From Planctomycetaceae bacterium (lineage in GTDB: Bacteria; Planctomycetota; Planctomycetia; Pirellulales; Pirellulaceae), in the NCBI GenBank assembly GCA_021298315.1, contig JAJTFC010000007.1, positions 2,819-66,818 of the forward strand: a stretch of DNA of 64,000 nt, read 5' to 3'. The translations under genes and the position numbers were made by a program. Position 1 is the first letter of the stretch. Each line of letters opens with the position of its first letter. This document shows, in pieces, positions 57,577 through 64,000 of the stretch. The notes under the pieces are model-generated. The model did no database searches and was not told the DNA's origin. It was given only the letters and a program-made list of their open reading frames with translations.

Positions 57577-59946
57577 ATGAACCAGATTTTGGATGGATTG
57601 AATGAAGCGCAGTTCAAGGCGGTCACACACGTCGATGGCCCACTGCTGACGCTTGCAGGTCCAGGCACAGGCAAAACCAGGGTGGTGACCCATCGGATCG
57701 CCTACATGCTCGAACAAGGAATCTCCCCCTACTCGATTCTTGCGCTGACCTTTACGAACAAGGCGGCCAAGGAGATGAAGCATCGGGTGGCCAAGATCGT
57801 CGGAGAAAATCCTATATGGATGGGGACCTTCCACGGTTATTGTGCTCGTTTTCTTCGTCACTACGGAAACTTTGTTGGTCTCAAAGACAACTACACGATC
57901 TTTGATGTCGACGATTCGAAAAAGGCGCTCGAGGAAGCTATCACGCTCAGTGGTGTATCGCTGAGCCATTTGAAATTCGCCGATATAGCCCGCGGAATTG
58001 GGAATCTGAAGAACCGAGCGATCACTCCAGAGATGCTCAACCAACCTGCCAAGAATGCCAGTGAGGTGGCGGTTCGCAAAATATATCCGATCTACCAGAA
58101 GTACCTGCTGAGCAACAACGCTGTTGACTTTGATGACTTGCTCATGCACACCGCGACGATCCTCAGAAGCAACGAAGATCTCCGGATGGACCTGGACTCC
58201 AAGCATCGTTATGTGCTCGTCGATGAGTATCAAGACACGAATCTTGCGCAGTATCTGATCGTTCGAGGACTATCGATCGATCATCCCAACATCAATGTCA
58301 CTGGAGATCCCGATCAATCGATCTATGGGTGGCGTGGAGCGGACATCGCTAACATTTTGAATTTCGAAAGGGACTATCCCGAACTTGCGATTGTTCGTCT
58401 TCAGGATAACTACCGCTCGACTCCACAAATCCTTTCTGCGGCCGACACGCTGATCTCTTGCAATATTCATCGCAAGGCCAAGATGCTCATCCCCACTTGT
58501 TCGGATGGTTCCAAGATCCGACTGTGCAGTTATGCATCTGCAAAAGACGAGGCTGAGCACATCGCCGATCAGATCGCAAAGCATATCATCGAGCAGACAG
58601 CCAGCCCCAAGGACTTTGCCGTATTGTATCGAACCAACGCCCATTCGCGTTTGTTCGAGCAAGCCCTTATGCGACGCCGGATCACTTACCAACTCATCGG
58701 CGGTTTTCGTTTCTACCAGCGTCAAGAAATCCGAGACCTGATCGCCTATCTGCGGTTGGTCAACAACCCCGACGACGATGTTTCTTTTAAGCGTGTAGTG
58801 AACCTGCCACCGCGGGGGCTTGGGGATAAAGCGATCCAGAGCGTTACCCAGTTGGCTCGATCTCGCGACATTCCGATGCTCGTTGCACTTCGGGCAGCGA
58901 TCGACCATGGAATGCTCAGCAAAAAAGCACAGTCGGGTGCTCGGGAGTTCCTCAATATCTATGAAAAGCTTGTGCAACTTTCGGGTGAATCGATTGTCGC
59001 GATGCTCAATCATCTCCTCGAAGCCACCAACTATATCGAATACATCGCGGGCAAAAAATCCGAGGCACCCGACGAGAGCGTCAAGGAGAACGTCGGTGAA
59101 TTGCTTTCAGATGCTCAGGACAAAGACGCACTTTTGGGCGAGGGTGGAGGACTTCAGCAATTCCTCGAAGAGATCAGTCTAGCAAGCGACACCGATAACA
59201 TCACCGACGAAAACCGAGTGACGCTGATGACCCTTCACTCGGCCAAGGGGCTTGAATTCGATAACGTGTTTATCGTGGCTGTCGAACAGGATGTACTGCC
59301 TCACGCTCGAAGCAAAGGAGACTTGGCACAACTCGAAGAGGAGCGACGATTGTTCTTTGTGGGTATCACACGAGCAAGACGCAATTTGCAGATCTCCAAC
59401 GCATCGACCCGTGGGTTTGGCAGTAGCCGGCTGGGTTGTCCTAGCCAGTTCCTGATCGAATTGCCACGCGGTGAGATGACTCTCGTGGATTACACCAGGG
59501 CTAACCCTCGGGACCTTTCCTGGGCCGATCAAGACTCGGGAGACTTTGGGGACTCGGACGATTGGGGTGTCAATCAAGATCCCGGATCGGATCAAGATTT
59601 CGAGGTCGAGTACGAACCTGGTCCATCAAAAAAGAAGTCGAAACCTTTTGGCAATCGATCGGCTTCGTCGGAGGATTTCGACGAGTACTGCCAAGAGCCC
59701 TTGCCCGAAAAACGAGCAGCTTTTGGTGGCCTCAAGACTGGTTCGAGCATCGGGGCATCGATCACCCTGGCAGGAACTCCAGTCGATCATTTCGAAAGTG
59801 GAACTCGGATCTCTCATCCTCGCTATGGACTCGGTAGCGTCGTTTCGGTCGATGGGTTTGGACCCAAACGGATGGCTCGCATCTCGTTTGACTCTGGAGA
59901 GATCAAAAGTTTCCAGTTGAGCAAATCCCCAATCGATATCGTCTAA
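57577..59946 (+). CDS. UvrD/PcrA/Rep SF1 DNA helicase
   Basis: Motifs LNEAQ, AGPGTGKT, TFTNKAA, VDEYQD, GDPDQSIYGWRGA, NYRS, MTLHSAKGLEF, EERRLFFVGITRA, and C-terminal Tudor-like HPRYGLG. Confidence 0.95.
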   Translation: MNQILDGLNEAQFKAVTHVDGPLLTLAGPGTGKTRVVTHRIAYMLEQGISPYSILALTFTNKAAKEMKHRVAKIVGENPIWMGTFHGYCARFLRHYGNFVGLKDNYTIFDVDDSKKALEEAITLSGVSLSHLKFADIARGIGNLKNRAITPEMLNQPAKNASEVAVRKIYPIYQKYLLSNNAVDFDDLLMHTATILRSNEDLRMDLDSKHRYVLVDEYQDTNLAQYLIVRGLSIDHPNINVTGDPDQSIYGWRGADIANILNFERDYPELAIVRLQDNYRSTPQILSAADTLISCNIHRKAKMLIPTCSDGSKIRLCSYASAKDEAEHIADQIAKHIIEQTASPKDFAVLYRTNAHSRLFEQALMRRRITYQLIGGFRFYQRQEIRDLIAYLRLVNNPDDDVSFKRVVNLPPRGLGDKAIQSVTQLARSRDIPMLVALRAAIDHGMLSKKAQSGAREFLNIYEKLVQLSGESIVAMLNHLLEATNYIEYIAGKKSEAPDESVKENVGELLSDAQDKDALLGEGGGLQQFLEEISLASDTDNITDENRVTLMTLHSAKGLEFDNVFIVAVEQDVLPHARSKGDLAQLEEERRLFFVGITRARRNLQISNASTRGFGSSRLGCPSQFLIELPRGEMTLVDYTRANPRDLSWADQDSGDFGDSDDWGVNQDPGSDQDFEVEYEPGPSKKKSKPFGNRSASSEDFDEYCQEPLPEKRAAFGGLKTGSSIGASITLAGTPVDHFESGTRISHPRYGLGSVVSVDGFGPKRMARISFDSGEIKSFQLSKSPIDIV

Positions 59947-59980
59947 CGCTCGGCAAGCAAAAATCAATGAAGGCAATCTC

Positions 59981-61444
59981 ATGATCAGTGTCTTTGAGTT
60001 ATTCAAGATAGGAGTTGGCCCATCGAGCTCCCATACCGTCGGGCCGATGATTGCCGCTTGCCGCTTTGGCCATGAAGTGGTCAAGCAGCCTGGGTTGCTC
60101 GAGCGATTGGATCGAGTGCGAGTGGAGCTCTATGGGTCCTTGGCTCTAACGGGACTTGGACATGCCACCGACACTGCGATCTTCTGTGGGCTTGCAGGTT
60201 GCTTGCCCGACTGCACCGAAGTCCAGGTTCTAAAAGAAACTGTCGAATCGCTTCGAAAGTACTCGATGCTCAAGCTTGCCGGTCAAGTAGCGATCTCCTT
60301 TGACGAAAAGCGTGATTTGGTTTGGCTACGAAACGAAACTCTTCCAGCTCATCCCAACGCGATGCAGTTTTCTGTGATCGATAGCCAAGGCCAAGTCGTC
60401 TTTGCCAAGCGTTATTATTCGACTGGCGGAGGATTCGTCTACGACGAACAGGGGCTAGCTGAGCTCAAAGAATCCCTGTCCAAACCGCAGAACCAGGACC
60501 AAGCTGCACCTTACCCTTTCACCACCGCAGCGGTGCTGATTGAAATGGCCAGAACCAACGATCTGCGGATCGATCAGATCATCGATTCGAATGAATTGGT
60601 CTTGCGCAGCGAAGATCAAATCGCCGAGCAACTCGACCGGCTCTGGTCGGTCATGGCCGCTTGCATCGATCGTGGTTGCATGACCGAAGGCATCTTGCCC
60701 GGCTCGCTTCATATCCGCAGACGAGCTCCAGGAATCTATCAAAAACTCACCCAAGGTACCCAGTTGCTTCCAAGCCAATGGCTCTTGGAACACGCTCAAG
60801 AGAAACTCAAAGATCCGCTTCAACAGCTCGATTGGGTCAGCTTGTTCGCATTAGCCGTCAACGAGGAAAATGCAGCGGGAGGCCAAGTTGTCACGGCTCC
60901 AACCAATGGAGCTGCGGGGGTGATCCCGGCGGTGCTGGGCTATTACGTCTATCTGGTTCCAGACCCTGGGCACCCAGACTTTGATCGAACCATCAGCGAT
61001 CGAGAAGGTGTCCATCGGTTCCTGAAAACCGCCGGAGCGATCGGCATGCTCTACAAACGAAACGCATCGCTTTCGGCAGCCGAGATGGGCTGTCAAGGTG
61101 AAGTCGGGGTGGCTTGCTCGATGGCTGCAGCCGGCCTTGCTGCTTGTATGGGGGGAACCATCGAGCAGATCGAAAACGCCGCTGAAATCGGGATGGAGCA
61201 CAACCTTGGACTGACCTGTGACCCAATCGCGGGGCTTGTTCAAGTCCCTTGCATCGAGCGCAACACAATGGGTGCAACCAAGGCGATCAACGCTGCTCGA
61301 CTCGCAGTTCTCTACGGCGATGGTCAACATTTTGTCTCCCTGGATCGTGTCATCGAAACGATGCGGCAAACCGGAGTCGACATGCAGGCCAAGTACAAAG
61401 AGACCTCGCTGGGAGGATTAGCTGTCAACGTGGTCGATTGTTAG
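59981..61444 (+). CDS. sdaA: L-serine ammonia-lyase (Fe-S)
   Basis: Motifs [79 protein letters not shown]. Confidence 0.95.
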   Translation: MISVFELFKIGVGPSSSHTVGPMIAACRFGHEVVKQPGLLERLDRVRVELYGSLALTGLGHATDTAIFCGLAGCLPDCTEVQVLKETVESLRKYSMLKLAGQVAISFDEKRDLVWLRNETLPAHPNAMQFSVIDSQGQVVFAKRYYSTGGGFVYDEQGLAELKESLSKPQNQDQAAPYPFTTAAVLIEMARTNDLRIDQIIDSNELVLRSEDQIAEQLDRLWSVMAACIDRGCMTEGILPGSLHIRRRAPGIYQKLTQGTQLLPSQWLLEHAQEKLKDPLQQLDWVSLFALAVNEENAAGGQVVTAPTNGAAGVIPAVLGYYVYLVPDPGHPDFDRTISDREGVHRFLKTAGAIGMLYKRNASLSAAEMGCQGEVGVACSMAAAGLAACMGGTIEQIENAAEIGMEHNLGLTCDPIAGLVQVPCIERNTMGATKAINAARLAVLYGDGQHFVSLDRVIETMRQTGVDMQAKYKETSLGGLAVNVVDC

Positions 61445-61466
61445 ACCTAAGATCCCATTGGCATTG

Positions 61467-62771
61467 CTACTGGATCTGAAGTTGAATCTTTAGCGAACCC
61501 GAATTGTCTCGACGGTTGCCGACTGTTTCGTTGATTTTTAGGAGCAACCAACCATCGCGTGAAGCCTTAAAGTCATGTCGCGTACCGACTTGAAAAACTT
61601 CGAAGGGTTGCTCGTTATCCACGCTGAGGAATCCACCGATAAGCTTCCCCATAGGGATATGGCGGTGGTATTGATAAGTGAGACCCTCGGGCGTAGACTC
61701 CCAAGCTTGCTGGTTTCTAACGTGCACCACATAAGTACCTTGGGCGGTTATCTCAGCCCCCTGCCCTTGCTTAAACGGGAATCTGACCAACTGCCAGCCT
61801 TTGGTCGCATCGAGCTGCATCGTAAGCTGTCTGGTTAGCGGACTATCGATCGATCGAATGGACTCCTCTAGGCAAATCAAGTCTGAATGGAGCTGATAAC
61901 CCCATCCGAACTCGTCGACAAAGAGTTTCCAATCCCTTTCGACGTAGTCCCATCGATCTGCGAGTGACTTTTCGAGTTGCTCGCTGAGTTTCAGCGAATA
62001 GTCCAAAGGGGGAGTTGAGGTTTTTTGGACGTAGGGCCAATACACAGGGTGATTGCACAGAAACACGCAAGCGGCCCAGCTCCAGCAGTATCGATCCATA
62101 CGATCCTGGCGATCGTTGCCGTAATAGAGAATCCGCTTAAGCTTGGGTACACCGTTGGTTGCAATCGAATCCGAGAGCTTTTTAAAGCGTCCCCAGTGAG
62201 GCACAGACTCAGGAGCATCGGGGATGATGGCCAATGACAACAGGTTGTTCTCCAAGCGATGGGTTCCTTGCATCTCGGCCATTCCTTCCATGAACCAAGG
62301 TGCTCCACCTCCACCGAAAGCTCGGTACATGATCCAGTGAGTGGCTTCATGCAAAAGTAAATGACGGCGATAGTAGTTGGAAGGTTGTTCAACTAGAAAG
62401 ACCCGATCGGCCTGTTGGAAGCCGTCCTCGAAGGAAGGGACTCCGTCTAGCAAACCGGCTTGTTCGAAAATCTTTCGATCACCCATACAATGGATAGTCA
62501 GAGGCCAAGATTTCGCGACTGCAGGATCGATCGACCATGTCTGACACCAAGTGGCCATGGCCTGATCGAGGATACTTGGCCAGGATTCGATTTCTTGATC
62601 GATCGGAAGATCCGTTAGGACTGTCCATTGATTTTTTGAGAAGCGTTTGATGCCTGGGGCCGACTCGACTTGGGCTTGGCAATCTCGAACCGATAGGATT
62701 GTCCAAGTAGCCAGGAGAATCCATGAGCAAAGCCAGTCTCGCTTGGTGCCAATGCAGAAGGCTTTGATCAT
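61467..62771 (-). CDS. Exported putative zinc metallopeptidase (gluzincin-like) with a C-terminal beta domain
   Basis: LLHEATH (HExxH) and PWFMEGMAE (third ligand), with a signal-like N-terminus. Start at MIKAFC chosen to avoid overlap with the upstream gene. Confidence 0.7.
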   Translation of the reverse strand: MIKAFCIGTKRDWLCSWILLATWTILSVRDCQAQVESAPGIKRFSKNQWTVLTDLPIDQEIESWPSILDQAMATWCQTWSIDPAVAKSWPLTIHCMGDRKIFEQAGLLDGVPSFEDGFQQADRVFLVEQPSNYYRRHLLLHEATHWIMYRAFGGGGAPWFMEGMAEMQGTHRLENNLLSLAIIPDAPESVPHWGRFKKLSDSIATNGVPKLKRILYYGNDRQDRMDRYCWSWAACVFLCNHPVYWPYVQKTSTPPLDYSLKLSEQLEKSLADRWDYVERDWKLFVDEFGWGYQLHSDLICLEESIRSIDSPLTRQLTMQLDATKGWQLVRFPFKQGQGAEITAQGTYVVHVRNQQAWESTPEGLTYQYHRHIPMGKLIGGFLSVDNEQPFEVFQVGTRHDFKASRDGWLLLKINETVGNRRDNSGSLKIQLQIQ

Positions 62772-62775
62772 GGGG

Positions 62776-63822
62776 TTATCGGCGGGATGCGACCAGTTGA
62801 GATTGAATATCCAGTGCAAGTTCGACTGCACCTGCAGCGTGCTGGAGGCTCAAGCGTGGGGCGCTGGTGCGACTAAGTACGCTGTGTGCCATCTCATCGA
62901 TCTCCGCTTGGAACGCATCGATATCATCTGCTTCTGGAAGTTCTGGGCGAAGGACTTGCCCATCGCGAGTGATGACTTTCAGGGGGATCGATTCGGCGGT
63001 ATCGCTGTGGGCAGCAAACTCGAAATGGACAGTGGCATCTTGGAGGTGCAATTCAAAGGCATGGGTGAAAGGGCGTCCTGGGCCATCGATCACACCCGAG
63101 GAACTGCTTACGGCGATATCCGGGGAGTCAAACTCGTAAACAACATGAACGTATTTGGCCACGCTACCGTGCATTCTGCCAACAGCTTGAGTTCTCTTGG
63201 GTCTACCGAATAAAAGCTGGATCCAATGCAGATCGTGGACGTGCAGATCGACAAGAGGGCCCCCTACTTTGTCGGCTTGGTAAAAGTCTGGGATCCAAGT
63301 TGGATCGGAGATGACACGCTTGAAGTATCCACCGATGGGAGCACCGAATTTACCGGATCGAACCAACTCGGTTGCATATGCAAAGGGGCCCATATAAGGG
63401 AGCACATGGGCGACCAATGCCAACTGACCTGTTTTCTTGGCCGTCTCTTGAATCCGTTTGCAACCGTCGAGGGTCAGTGCGACAGGTTTTTCGATCAGCA
63501 CATCCTTGCCATGCTCCATGGCATAGACCGCAGCCTCGACGTGCAGATGGGGTGGCAGGCAGATGTCGATACAATCGACGTTGGGAAGCTTAACCAAGGC
63601 TTCGAGGGAATCGGCAACATCGAGTCCATCGAGGGAGATTTGCTCACCTGGAGGTCCGAAATTGCCTTGGATACCTCGCCAATCGCCCGCTTGCTTTTTA
63701 GGATCTTTGGTTGCAAAAGCAACCAGATCAGCGACCTGCGATCGGCGGTAGGCTAGCGAGTGGATCCAGCCCATGAATCCGATCCCGACGAGTCCAACGT
63801 TGACGCGATTTTTGTTTGCCAT
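62776..63822 (-). CDS. Gfo/Idh/MocA family oxidoreductase
   Basis: Motifs VGLVGIGFMG, ICLPPHLH, VLIEKP, GGPLVDLHVHD. Confidence 0.92.
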   Translation of the reverse strand: MANKNRVNVGLVGIGFMGWIHSLAYRRSQVADLVAFATKDPKKQAGDWRGIQGNFGPPGEQISLDGLDVADSLEALVKLPNVDCIDICLPPHLHVEAAVYAMEHGKDVLIEKPVALTLDGCKRIQETAKKTGQLALVAHVLPYMGPFAYATELVRSGKFGAPIGGYFKRVISDPTWIPDFYQADKVGGPLVDLHVHDLHWIQLLFGRPKRTQAVGRMHGSVAKYVHVVYEFDSPDIAVSSSSGVIDGPGRPFTHAFELHLQDATVHFEFAAHSDTAESIPLKVITRDGQVLRPELPEADDIDAFQAEIDEMAHSVLSRTSAPRLSLQHAAGAVELALDIQSQLVASRR

Positions 63823-63876
63823 GAAGATTTACTGAGAGGGTAAGTGAAGCGGTTTTTACTTGGCGTGCTCGATCTT

Positions 63877-64000
63877 CTAATTTTTATAGAGGAAGGCTTT
63901 ATCGTCCAAGGGTTTAATCCAAACATTTCGAAATCGAGTGGGACTTCCGTGGTCTTGCAGGAAGACAGGACCGACTGAGGTAGCCAATTGCTGCTTCCAA
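63877..64000 (-). CDS. C-terminal fragment of a DUF1080-domain protein (5' part outside the window)
   Basis: Hand translation: ..[33 protein letters not shown], the same terminal motif as the DUF1080 domain of the gene at 34962. Confidence 0.8.
   Translation of the reverse strand, partial: WKQQLATSVGPVFLQDHGSPTRFRNVWIKPLDDKAFLYKN

Overview
The window looks like chromosomal DNA from a planctomycete, probably Pirellulaceae-like. This is inferred from a 'LESLERRELMA' planctomycete export motif, DUF1080/cytochrome c/PA14 proteins, a sulfatase and 'NPY' membrane proteins. It is gene-dense and mostly housekeeping: corA, kdsA, a Glu/Leu/Phe/Val dehydrogenase, tpiA, a ParA ATPase, proA, a sigma-70 factor, mutY, fabF, epmA, apt, uvrD/pcrA, sdaA and tRNA-Phe(GAA). 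It also holds a 1,550-aa Ig-repeat surface protein, two porins and several lineage-specific hypothetical genes. I found no CRISPR array, rRNA, transposase or prophage. The most interesting signals are: (1) four copies of a non-coding MITE-like fold-back element with inverted (TACTCG)n/(CGAGTA)n arms, short terminal inverted repeats and, in one copy, a candidate target-site duplication, plus several other intergenic repeat families; (2) a non-canonical long-ACP / His-less FabZ-like / FabF operon coupled to a zinc-finger-like gene and a cold-shock-domain gene; (3) a penta-heme DUF1080-PA14 cytochrome paired with a beta-propeller protein; (4) an OprB porin gene broken at an 8-bp microhomology; (5) a TrhO-RluA tRNA-modification fusion. 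All assignments come from motif recognition by eye; no database search was run.
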